DNA of 64,000 nucleotides, taken from positions 25,019-89,018 of IMG/VR virus record IMGVR_UViG_3300012347_000364, one strand, 5' to 3'. Position 1 is the stretch's first letter. Each line of letters begins with the position of its first letter. Position numbers and translations under genes: made by a program. Shown one piece after another: positions 44,571-52,820 of the stretch. This stretch comes from a virus (lineage: Duplodnaviria > Heunggongvirae > Uroviricota > Caudoviricetes). A model generated the notes under the pieces. The model was not told where the DNA came from, did not search any database, and was given only the letters and a program-made list of their open reading frames with translations.

Positions 44571-45521
44571 ATGTGGAAAAATGTTAATGTTTTCGAGGAT
44601 GAGAAAGAGCATGTCAAAAAATATGTGTTTGAAAAAGACGACATCGCAGTTGAATCTGTCCTTTATCGCTACCCTACTTACGCTGAACGTACCGTACTCT
44701 GTATTAGTACTATGTGTGGTTGCCCCATGGGCTGTCGCTTCTGTGGTACTGGTGATTACTTCGTTCGTTCCCTGACAGCAGAAGAGATTGTCGGACAAGC
44801 GGAATACATCCTAGGCACACAAATCGATGGACTAGATCCTGCTAGCATTAAGAAGCTGCAGATCATGGTAATGTCGATGGGCGAGCCTGCTCTGAATAAA
44901 GCATTGGAACAAGCATTCGAAGTGCTGTATGCAAAGTACCCTAATGCTGCATTACTGATCAGTTCGAGTGGTCCGAAGGTGGATTACACATGGATTCGCA
45001 ATATGAGTGTTCGTATCCCTACAGTCGGATTGCAGTTCAGCATTCACGAAAGCACAGATGAGGCTCGCGACAAGTTGATTCCTTTCGAGAAGAAACTCAA
45101 CTTGCAGGAAATTGCCGATCAGGGAGTTCGTTGGTATTTGGATACTGGTCGCAAACCATACTTCAACTACTGCGCTCACGAAGGTAATAATACTGACGAG
45201 GATGTTGCACGTCTTCGTGAGTTGTTCCATCCAAAGATTTGGGAAGCGACTGTTTCTGTTATTTGTGAGCGCGATGCTCACGAAGAAGCAACCAACAACA
45301 AGCAACGTGACTTGGCAATTGAATTTGGAAACAAGTTGGTTGCTGCTGACTACAACGTTCGTGTGTTTGATCCTGCTGGTCAAGATACGATCGGTGGTGG
45401 TTGCGGTCAATTGTGGTATGTGCAAGACTGGATGAAAGATCACCCAGAGCACGTTAAGCCATCGGTCGGCTGTGGCCTACAAAAAGTGCATACTCCTAAG
45501 GAGTGGAACGTTGGCAACTAA
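44571..45521 (+). CDS. radical SAM enzyme of the RlmN/Cfr family (N-terminally truncated)
   Basis: [23 protein letters not shown] vs RlmN [32 protein letters not shown] vs MGMGEPLLN; ISSSGP vs LSTSGV; C-terminal GGGCGQLW vs AACGQLAG. Lacks the ~100-aa N-terminal domain of RlmN. Confidence 0.7.
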   Translation: [316 protein letters not shown]

Positions 45522-45759
45522 AAAGAAAGCAACGGCCGTTGTTGAGGCTCCTGACATTCTGCCTGACGAACCAATCGATCGCAAAGGTTGGAAATATTAT
45601 TGCAACGACGAGTTAGTAACTGAAGAAGTTTTTAATTCGATCACTAAAGATCATCAAGCGTGGATTGATGAACAAGAGAAGATTAAAGAAGCTGCTGCAT
45701 TAGCCACACAGAAGGAAGATGCGAAGCTTGCAAAGAAGAAAGTGAAGAAGACAAAATGA
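45472..45759 (+). CDS. hypothetical Lys-rich protein (start uncertain)
   Basis: Overlaps the radical-SAM gene end by 50 nt. Confidence 0.3.
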   Translation: MAYKKCILLRSGTLATKKKATAVVEAPDILPDEPIDRKGWKYYCNDELVTEEVFNSITKDHQAWIDEQEKIKEAAALATQKEDAKLAKKKVKKTK

Positions 45760-46235
45760 TGTTGCGTACAAAAGGTAATATTATAGATCTCGCTGAAAGT
45801 GGTTCGTTTGACTTGATCATCCAAGGCTGCAATTGTTTTAATACAATGGGTAGCGGGCTTGCCAAAGAGATTCGTGCTCGCTACCCAGACGCATATGAAG
45901 CAGACCAACAAACTACTGCTGGCGATCGTACTAAGTTGGGAAACTTTTCTGCTGCTATTATCGATAAGGATGGTCATATATTTGTGATTGTTAATGCATA
46001 CACACAATACCACTACAACCTCCGTGGTGCGAAAGCGGACTTATTTGAGTATGAGGCATTAGGACGTGTTCTAGACAAGATTCGTGATTGTGCGGGACAC
46101 ACGCGAATTGGTATTCCTATGATTGGGATGGGGCTTGCTGGTGGAGACCCAGAGCGTATCATGCCAATGATTGAAAAGTTTGCACAAGACTGCACAAATC
46201 GTGGCGGTTCGGTAACATTAGTGGAGTTTGCATGA
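45756..46235 (+). CDS. macro domain protein (ADP-ribose binding/processing)
   Basis: DLIIQGCNCFNTMGSGLAKEI (cf. macro IVNAAN..LGGGGV..AI) and GIPMIGMGLAGG (cf. AFPAISTGVYG). Confidence 0.55.
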   Translation: MMLRTKGNIIDLAESGSFDLIIQGCNCFNTMGSGLAKEIRARYPDAYEADQQTTAGDRTKLGNFSAAIIDKDGHIFVIVNAYTQYHYNLRGAKADLFEYEALGRVLDKIRDCAGHTRIGIPMIGMGLAGGDPERIMPMIEKFAQDCTNRGGSVTLVEFA

Positions 46236-46741
46236 TAGTTCTCAAACCCCCAGCACCCATCGACGTAGGTAATAAATTCTCTATATTCCTTGCCGGCTCG
46301 ATTGAAATGGGTAAGGCAGAAGATTGGCAATATCGTATTTCAAAAACATTTGAAGACTATAGCGATAACTTAGTGTTACTCAACCCACGACGTGATGGTT
46401 GGGACTGGAACACGAAACAATCAATCAATAACACAACATTTAAAGGACAGGTGGATTGGGAGTTAGATGCTCTCGAAGCAGCTGACCTTATTATGTACTA
46501 CTTCGTACCTGGTACAATGAGTCCCATTTCATTACTAGAATTTGGATTATATGCCAACACAACGAAACACATCATAGTGTGCTGCCCAGAAGGATTCTGG
46601 CGCAAAGGAAACATCGACGTAGTGTGTGATAGATTCATTATCCCATTATTCGATGACTTAAACATGGTGGTAGAAGAATTGCATAATAAACTTCCACAAT
46701 GGATTCAAGCAAAACAGGTGTTGACATCGACCTCTAACTGA
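46232..46741 (+). CDS. nucleoside 2-deoxyribosyltransferase-like (NDT/SLOG Rossmann) protein
   Basis: FLAGSIEMG N-terminal Rossmann strand; SLLEFGLYANTTKHII matches the NDT-family motif (..FEIGYAxALGKPI). Confidence 0.45.
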   Translation: MIVLKPPAPIDVGNKFSIFLAGSIEMGKAEDWQYRISKTFEDYSDNLVLLNPRRDGWDWNTKQSINNTTFKGQVDWELDALEAADLIMYYFVPGTMSPISLLEFGLYANTTKHIIVCCPEGFWRKGNIDVVCDRFIIPLFDDLNMVVEELHNKLPQWIQAKQVLTSTSN

Positions 46742-46749
46742 TGTATAAT
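46721..46749 (+). promoter_or_regulatory. perfect-consensus sigma70 promoter TTGACA-17-TATAAT
   Basis: Within the 3' end of the upstream gene; TATAAT 46744-46749; 55 nt upstream of the NAMPT ATG (AAGGAG RBS). Confidence 0.6.
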
Positions 46750-46803
46750 CAAGTCAAGGCCAAAGGATAGACCGACTGGCCGATTAACGATAAGGAGCTT
46801 ATC

Positions 46804-48204
46804 ATGCGTTTAGCAAAAAACATTATCCTGAATACTGACAGCTACAAAGTGTCAATGTTCAAACAGTATCCTGCTGGTACTACTGGTGTATACAGCTACA
46901 TTGAGTCTCGTGGTGGTCGCTACGATAAGACTGTAATGTTTGGGCTGCAGGCATTCATTAAAGAATACTTGCTTACCCCAATCAACCAAATGGACATTGA
47001 GATTGCAGACGAGATTCTGACAGCTCACGGTGAACCGTTTAACCGCGAAGGTTGGCAGTATATTGTAGACAAATACAACGGCTATCTTCCTGTCGTTATC
47101 CGTGCCGTTCCTGAAGGTACTGTGGTTCCTGTTAGCAACGTACTTGCTACTATTGAAAATACTGATCCAGAATGTTTCTGGTTGACAACTTGGCTTGAGA
47201 CTGCATTGCTTCGTGCTGTATGGTATGGTACGACTGTAGCTACTCAAAGCTGGAGTATTAAGCAAGTGATTGCTGACTATTTGGAGAAAACTGGTGATCC
47301 CACTTCTATTGATTTTAAGTTGCACGATTTCGGTGCTCGAGGCGTATCTTCTATGGAGAGTGCTGGCATTGGCGGGGCAGCTCACCTTGTCAACTTTATG
47401 GGATCGGATACTATTAGCGGTGTATTGTTTGCTCGTGAGTACTATAACGCTGGGATCGCTGGCTTTAGCATTCCTGCCGCAGAGCACAGCACTATCACTT
47501 CTTGGGGTCGTGACAACGAAGTAAAAGCATATGAAAACATGCTCACTCAGTTCGCGAAGCCTGGTGCTATTCTCGCTGTCGTTTCTGATTCTTATGATAT
47601 CTACAATGCTGTCCGTAACTTGTGGGGCACCGAGCTCCGTGATCGAGTTATTGCAAGTGGCGCAACTGTGGTTATTCGTCCTGATAGCGGGGATCCAGTC
47701 AGCGTTAATAAACAGCTGATTGAAATCTTAGGAGAGAAATTTGGTTACACAACAAACGCCAAAGGATTCAAAGTCCTCAACAACGTTCGCCTCATCCAGG
47801 GCGACGGAGTTAATGAGCTTAGCATTCGTAGTATTCTTGGGGCTTTTATGGCCATGGGTTGGTCTGCTGATAATATTGCGTTTGGTATGGGTGGCGCATT
47901 GTTACAACAGATTGATCGTGACACCCAACGATTCGCAATGAAGTGTTCTGCTGCTCTTATCAATGGAGATTGGGTCGATGTTCAAAAAGATCCGGTCACT
48001 GATAGTGGCAAGCGCTCGAAAGCAGGTCGTGTCTCTCTGTGGACTAATAGTGGTGGTGAATTCGCTTCTAGCGTATCTGCTCCTACTGGCTGGTCTGACA
48101 AAGGGATTGGTGGTTGGACTAACGCGCTGGACGAAGTCTACCGCGATGGTAAACTGGTCAAAGAATATACCTTCGATGAAGTACGAGCCAATACTCGCAA
48201 GTAA
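46804..48204 (+). CDS. nadV: nicotinamide phosphoribosyltransferase (NAMPT)
   Basis: NTDSYKVSMFKQYP; GWQYIVDKYNGYLPVVIRAVPEGTVVP; TIENTDPECFWLTTWLETAL; KLHDFGARGVSSMESAGIGGAAHLVNFMGSDT. Near-collinear with human/KVP40 NAMPT. Confidence 0.85.
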   Translation: MRLAKNIILNTDSYKVSMFKQYPAGTTGVYSYIESRGGRYDKTVMFGLQAFIKEYLLTPINQMDIEIADEILTAHGEPFNREGWQYIVDKYNGYLPVVIRAVPEGTVVPVSNVLATIENTDPECFWLTTWLETALLRAVWYGTTVATQSWSIKQVIADYLEKTGDPTSIDFKLHDFGARGVSSMESAGIGGAAHLVNFMGSDTISGVLFAREYYNAGIAGFSIPAAEHSTITSWGRDNEVKAYENMLTQFAKPGAILAVVSDSYDIYNAVRNLWGTELRDRVIASGATVVIRPDSGDPVSVNKQLIEILGEKFGYTTNAKGFKVLNNVRLIQGDGVNELSIRSILGAFMAMGWSADNIAFGMGGALLQQIDRDTQRFAMKCSAALINGDWVDVQKDPVTDSGKRSKAGRVSLWTNSGGEFASSVSAPTGWSDKGIGGWTNALDEVYRDGKLVKEYTFDEVRANTRK

Positions 48205-48222
48205 TAGCTACTAGCTAGCACG

Positions 48223-48253
48223 AAAGGCCACCGTTGTGTGGCCTTTCCTTTTT
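48223..48253 (+). terminator. rho-independent terminator AAAGGCCAC-cgttgt-GTGGCCTTT plus TCCTTTTT
   Basis: 9-bp stem, 6-nt loop, T-run; 19 nt after the NAMPT stop. Confidence 0.6.
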
Positions 48254-48262
48254 GTGTATAAT
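48234..48262 (+). promoter_or_regulatory. sigma70-type promoter TTGTGT-17-TATAAT overlapping the terminator
   Basis: -10 TATAAT 48257-48262; AAAAGGAA RBS; ATG 48286. Confidence 0.4.
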
Positions 48263-48285
48263 ACGTTATATCAAAAGGAATTGTT

Positions 48286-48489
48286 ATGAACGTTGAACTA
48301 ATTGAACGATTGAAGAAGCTCGCTGGTAGTGAGTGCTTTTATGATGATGAATCTGAAGATAAGATCGTCGATGATTATGCTGGCGGCAATGTTGATGATG
48401 CATTCCAGGTCGGCGTACATGCTGGTGAAGTAATGTTGGCCCGTGATGTGTTGACGGCTCTCAACATCCAGTGGTGGAGCGAAGAATGA
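48286..48489 (+). CDS. hypothetical acidic protein (67 aa)
   Basis: RBS plus ATG; first gene of a small-ORF block. Confidence 0.4.
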   Translation: MNVELIERLKKLAGSECFYDDESEDKIVDDYAGGNVDDAFQVGVHAGEVMLARDVLTALNIQWWSEE

Positions 48490-48773
48490 ATTTGAATATC
48501 ATTGAACGCATGCGCCAAGAGCTGCAACCGAAGGGCACCGCGCCTATTGTTATCTTACGCCCCATGGGTATTGGTATTGAGATGCATGCCGACTTTGTTG
48601 CTAAGTGCATTGATGAACTGGAGCGCATCCCTATGCGTGCAGCAGTGGGCGAGGTACCTAGCAATCTAGAGAAGCTAGCATATCAGCTACTGTTGGACTC
48701 TGCATACATTGATCCCAAGGCAGAGCGTGAGCGTGAAGATCGCTTGGCTGAGTATGCAAGGGAAGCACAATGA
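48486..48773 (+). CDS. hypothetical protein (95 aa)
   Basis: ATGA-coupled ATG 48486 (the track start is GTG 48471). Confidence 0.4.
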   Translation: MNLNIIERMRQELQPKGTAPIVILRPMGIGIEMHADFVAKCIDELERIPMRAAVGEVPSNLEKLAYQLLLDSAYIDPKAEREREDRLAEYAREAQ

Positions 48774-49027
48774 ATATTAAAACTGTAGCAGAAAATCTGC
48801 GTAACACAATCGCCGGCAAGGTAAAGCACGAAGTTGAGTTGGAGTATGCGTTGACGTTAGCAACTAATGGCGAACGTATGGCACTGGCTGCTACACTTGC
48901 ATACCTGCAAATCAACATCGGTGAACTCAAGCTAATCCTAGCTGATATTGAGAAATGTCAGACTCCAGTGTATACATCATCCGACGACCCACTCGATGGT
49001 CCAATGATTAAAATGTTTCGAGATTAA
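48770..49027 (+). CDS. hypothetical protein (85 aa)
   Basis: ATGA overlap. Confidence 0.4.
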   Translation: MNIKTVAENLRNTIAGKVKHEVELEYALTLATNGERMALAATLAYLQINIGELKLILADIEKCQTPVYTSSDDPLDGPMIKMFRD

Positions 49028-49028
49028 T

Positions 49029-49337
49029 ATGAACAAAAAGCAATTCATCGATCAATATGTTTGTACATTCCTAGCATCGTATATGGCTGGGAACTACGAA
49101 CGAGACTGTGCAAGCGGCCATCAAAATAATCCATACGATCACCAGCCAGTTGATGATGCTACGTTCTGTGCCGAGCGCGCATGGAAGCAATATTATGACC
49201 CCTATGATATTGGTCGGAAGCTGTTTGATGATGGAATGGGACTAAGCGATGTTCTCGATGCTGTCGACAAAGAGGACTGGGATGAATGTCGTAGAGGTTA
49301 TGAGGAACAAGCGCAACGGAGAGCTTATTATGGTTAA
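49029..49337 (+). CDS. hypothetical protein (102 aa)
   Basis: ATG 2 nt after the upstream stop. Confidence 0.4.
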   Translation: MNKKQFIDQYVCTFLASYMAGNYERDCASGHQNNPYDHQPVDDATFCAERAWKQYYDPYDIGRKLFDDGMGLSDVLDAVDKEDWDECRRGYEEQAQRRAYYG

Positions 49338-49572
49338 ACGATTTAATGAACTGTGGGGTAAGGCTTTAGATAAGGCCGTACCAGAAACATACTCACAGTT
49401 GAGCGACATGCAGTTGAGCAAAGCGCTTGATGCATATGCTCTGTTGATTATGGAAGAATGTATTAGTATTATCAACAAACGCAAATATGCAGCAATCGAT
49501 GCTGATTGGTTGGTAGATGAAGCGATGTCTAACGCTGTTTGGGATATTGAAGAGCATTTCGGAGTTGAATAA
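49330..49572 (+). CDS. hypothetical protein (80 aa)
   Basis: ATG 49330 overlaps the upstream stop (the track start at 49249 overlaps by 89 nt). Confidence 0.35.
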   Translation: MVKRFNELWGKALDKAVPETYSQLSDMQLSKALDAYALLIMEECISIINKRKYAAIDADWLVDEAMSNAVWDIEEHFGVE

Positions 49573-49898
49573 TGACGCAACGTATAAAGATTAAAAAACG
49601 CGTGGAAGAGATTTCAACTTGGGAGTTTGAAGGTCCACTATCTTTGTCACTACAACGTATACAGGAATTGATCGAGCGCTATGGTCCAGATGCACATCTT
49701 GATTATAACGCACACTTTTATTATGACTACGACAGCGAACCATCGCCTCGGTTTGAGTTATACGTTGAGCGAGAAGAGAATGATGCTGAATTCAAACAGC
49801 GCTTATTTGAACAAGCTGAATACAACCGCAAACGTGAGGAAGCTGAGAAAGCTGAGTTTGAACGATTGAGTAAAAAGTTCGGAGCACGAAATGTGTGA
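49572..49898 (+). CDS. hypothetical protein (108 aa)
   Basis: TAATG overlap. Confidence 0.4.
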   Translation: MTQRIKIKKRVEEISTWEFEGPLSLSLQRIQELIERYGPDAHLDYNAHFYYDYDSEPSPRFELYVEREENDAEFKQRLFEQAEYNRKREEAEKAEFERLSKKFGARNV

Positions 49899-49985
49899 AG
49901 ATAAAGAAGTTTTGTATGTGTTGCTGACGTTGTTTGTGGTTGGTATCATCTATGTTCTCAAGATTTTTAGTGATGCGACCAAGCT

Positions 49986-50240
49986 ATGACAATACCATAC
50001 ATTCCTATTAAAATTGATCCAGCGTTGCCGATAGATGCCTTTGCAATGTACTTGGAATTTAGTATTCTTTGGCATAAAGATATCCGCGATAATTCGTTCA
50101 ACGATTTCGATCGTCGATGGAAGCAAGGCCAAATAGATCTGCTTCAAAGTATGGTTGATGAGATTGACGGTATTCAAAAACCATCAGCAATCGAAATTGC
50201 ATTTAGTATAGCAGAAGAGATGAAAGACGGCGATGTCTAA
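49986..50240 (+). CDS. hypothetical protein (84 aa)
   Basis: Tiled ORF. Confidence 0.4.
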   Translation: MTIPYIPIKIDPALPIDAFAMYLEFSILWHKDIRDNSFNDFDRRWKQGQIDLLQSMVDEIDGIQKPSAIEIAFSIAEEMKDGDV

Positions 50241-50445
50241 GTTTGTTTTAATCAAGTACTCTGCCCCTGGTTGGGAGCAAGAGTACTCAACCGAAGAAGA
50301 CTTGCGCAAAGCTTTGTATAATCACATCTGTGGAATGTGTCGTGAGGGTGAGGAAGATTTCAGCGATCCGGTTTATGAGCATTCTGAAATTGACCATTTG
50401 CTGAGCACTGCATGCGGTTGTGAATTTGGAGTAGAATTAGAATGA
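50233..50445 (+). CDS. hypothetical protein (70 aa) with CxxC...C.C
   Basis: 8-nt overlap with the upstream gene. Confidence 0.35.
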   Translation: MSKFVLIKYSAPGWEQEYSTEEDLRKALYNHICGMCREGEEDFSDPVYEHSEIDHLLSTACGCEFGVELE

Positions 50446-50645
50446 TTATCTATTCAGCAGAGTATAATGATTGCATTTACGAATCTGCATTCGGCACAAT
50501 ATCCCTTCATAGAACATATGAAGGTGCATGTCAGACGATTCGGCGCGATGAGCGAAAGAAATTAAATCAATGGAAGAAGGCAGGACACGATACGATTCCT
50601 GATTATGAGCAGTGGCGTGTAAGAGAAATTGAATTGTTGGATTAA
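50442..50645 (+). CDS. hypothetical protein (67 aa)
   Basis: 4-nt overlap with the upstream gene. Confidence 0.35.
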   Translation: MIIYSAEYNDCIYESAFGTISLHRTYEGACQTIRRDERKKLNQWKKAGHDTIPDYEQWRVREIELLD

Positions 50646-51170
50646 ATGAAACCCCTAACCGATCACTTGAGAGACAGACATTTAGATGTAGTGCTCCACC
50701 ATCCTGTATTGGATGAAGTGGAACGTGTCGTCACGTTCTATTTGTGGAACCTTAGTGGTCAGTTGGTTGGCTTCCAACAATATAGACCAGAAGGCGAGAA
50801 GAAGCCGAACAACAATCCAAAACTCGGCAAGTACTACACATACAAAAAGCAGCCTACACTTGCTGTATGGGGCGTAGAAACGCTTGACCTTTCACCTAAC
50901 GTAATCTTCCTAACAGAAGGTGTGTTCGATGCTGCTAGGCTGACCAGTAGAGGTTATAGTGCACTTGCTGTACTAACTAACAACCCGACTATGGACCTTC
51001 GTAACTGGTTGACTTGCCTCAATAGAAAGGTCGTGGCAGTTTGTGATAATGATGCGGCTGGAAAGAAATTAGCCAAGTTTGGTGATGTGGCTGTTTTCAC
51101 AGAAGAAAAAGATCTCGGTGACGCTGATGAACAGTGGGTAACTGACCTGTTGACGACGTATGCACAATGA
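50646..51170 (+). CDS. Toprim-domain protein (174 aa)
   Basis: FLTEGVFDAARL (Toprim Glu) and AVCDNDAAGKK (DxD) motifs. Confidence 0.5.
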   Translation: MKPLTDHLRDRHLDVVLHHPVLDEVERVVTFYLWNLSGQLVGFQQYRPEGEKKPNNNPKLGKYYTYKKQPTLAVWGVETLDLSPNVIFLTEGVFDAARLTSRGYSALAVLTNNPTMDLRNWLTCLNRKVVAVCDNDAAGKKLAKFGDVAVFTEEKDLGDADEQWVTDLLTTYAQ

Positions 51171-51178
51171 TGTATAAT
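51150..51178 (+). promoter_or_regulatory. sigma70-type promoter TTGACG-17-TATAAT
   Basis: -35 at 51150-51155 inside the 3' end of the Toprim gene; -10 at 51173-51178. Confidence 0.5.
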
Positions 51179-51209
51179 AGGGTTATTGTGATTAACGGGA
51201 GTCGTTATT

Positions 51210-51446
51210 ATGAACCGAGATGGATACAACACTGCTGAAGAAGCAATCCAAGCTGGCATCGATGCCGGTGGTGTAGACGAGTTTGAGGGCATGAATTGCA
51301 ACGACTACACATTCGATGATGAGACGTCTGAATGTGCTGGTTGGGACGGCGTCGATCGCCGCTGTGATTGCGGCAACCGTCGTGTTAGCTGGGAGACCGG
51401 CCAATACGACAACGGTAAATTCTATGCTTATGGTGTTGCATACTGA
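51210..51446 (+). CDS. hypothetical Cys/Asp-rich protein (78 aa)
   Basis: Tiled ORF. Confidence 0.4.
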   Translation: MNRDGYNTAEEAIQAGIDAGGVDEFEGMNCNDYTFDDETSECAGWDGVDRRCDCGNRRVSWETGQYDNGKFYAYGVAY

Positions 51447-51456
51447 GGGTTGATAG

Positions 51457-51795
51457 ATGACTCTTTCTAGTTTGATTGCACGCCAAGACAATAAGTGCTA
51501 CTACTGTAGCTGTGAAATGAACCAGACCAAGAAGTCTCCTCAACAAGCGACTACTGAGCACTTGATTGATAAGTGGTCTAGTCCGAAGCACCATAAGATT
51601 GAATGTTCTTCTAATCTAGTCGCTGCTTGCTACCAATGTAATAACAGTCGAGGTGCTATCCGCAACCGGATAGCCCGTTCTTATTACAAAGGACAAGCTG
51701 CTATTAAGGGAATGAAGCTCGCTGTAGCGTCGACATCGAGTCGACAATTATATTCGTTATTTGGTCCAGTACCACAACACCTGTTTAATGTTTAA
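51457..51795 (+). CDS. HNH endonuclease
   Basis: CYYCSCEM...TTEHLIDKW...NLVAACYQCNNSRG (CxxC...H...N...CxxC HNH motif). Confidence 0.6.
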   Translation: MTLSSLIARQDNKCYYCSCEMNQTKKSPQQATTEHLIDKWSSPKHHKIECSSNLVAACYQCNNSRGAIRNRIARSYYKGQAAIKGMKLAVASTSSRQLYSLFGPVPQHLFNV

Positions 51796-51800
51796 GGAAA

Positions 51801-52820
51801 TTGAAAATGCGTAAACTCGCTACTATCCGTAAGATTGATCAACTGCTTCCTATTGAAGGTGCAGATGCGATCGAATGTGCTATTGTTGGTGGTTGGAAAG
51901 TTGTTGCACAAAAAGGTCTATACAAAGAAGGTGATCTTGCTGTGTATTTTGAGATTGACTCGTGGATTCCTACTGAGCTGGCTCCATTCCTGTCTAAAGG
52001 CAAAGAGCCTCGTGAGTTTGAAGGTGTTAAGGGTGAACGTCTGAAGACTATCAAGCTACGTGGTCAGTTGTCTCAAGGTTTGCTAATGCCTCTGGCTGAG
52101 ATCGATAAATTCTTCACCACAAAACCACATTGGTCTGAAGATGAAGATTTGACTGAAATCTTGAACATCAAGAAGTGGGAAAAGCCAATCAATGCGCAGC
52201 TGGCTGGCGTATGTCGTGGTAACTTCCCGTCTCTGATTCCGAAGACTGATCAAGAACGTGCTCAAAACCTGAAGAAGGAAATTGCTGCAGCTCGAGGTCT
52301 TGAATTCGAAGTGACGGAAAAGCTAGAAGGTTCTTCTATGACCTGCTACTTGATCAACGATGAGTTTGGTGTTTGCTCTCGTAACCTGGATTTGAAGGAG
52401 ACAGAAGGCAACGCATTCTGGACAATTGCTCGTCGTCTGGGTATTGAAGAAAAGATGCGTGCACTTGGTGCAATGGGTGGCCTGGCTATCCAAGGTGAGT
52501 TGATCGGTCCTGGCATCCAAGGTAACATCTACAAGTTGAATGATACACAGTTCCGTGTGTTTGATGTATATGCCGTCCAGGGTGGCGAATACCTCACTCC
52601 CGATGCCCGCCGCGTATTGATTGATGGTATGGGTCTCGACCATGTGCCTGTTATCGCTACGCGATTTGTGTTGGAGCATGGTGTCGAACAATTGTTGGCA
52701 ATGGCTGAATATAAGTCTGAGCTTGCTAATGTCGAACGCGAAGGCATTGTGTTTAAACAAGTCGATGGCGGCATGACGTTCAAGGCTATTTCTAACAAAT
52801 ATTTGCTAGGTGAAAAGTAA
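51801..52820 (+). CDS. ATP-dependent RNA ligase (Rnl2/DRB0094-like nucleotidyltransferase) with N-terminal tRNA-binding OB (Myf/Trbp111-like) domain
   Basis: N-terminal LPIEGADAIECAIVGGWKVV (cf. hP.AD.L.V..VDVG); motif I EKLEGSS, III FRVFDVY, IV EREGIVFK (cf. T4 Rnl2 EGYVLK), V KAISNKY. Confidence 0.55.
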   Translation: MKMRKLATIRKIDQLLPIEGADAIECAIVGGWKVVAQKGLYKEGDLAVYFEIDSWIPTELAPFLSKGKEPREFEGVKGERLKTIKLRGQLSQGLLMPLAEIDKFFTTKPHWSEDEDLTEILNIKKWEKPINAQLAGVCRGNFPSLIPKTDQERAQNLKKEIAAARGLEFEVTEKLEGSSMTCYLINDEFGVCSRNLDLKETEGNAFWTIARRLGIEEKMRALGAMGGLAIQGELIGPGIQGNIYKLNDTQFRVFDVYAVQGGEYLTPDARRVLIDGMGLDHVPVIATRFVLEHGVEQLLAMAEYKSELANVEREGIVFKQVDGGMTFKAISNKYLLGEK

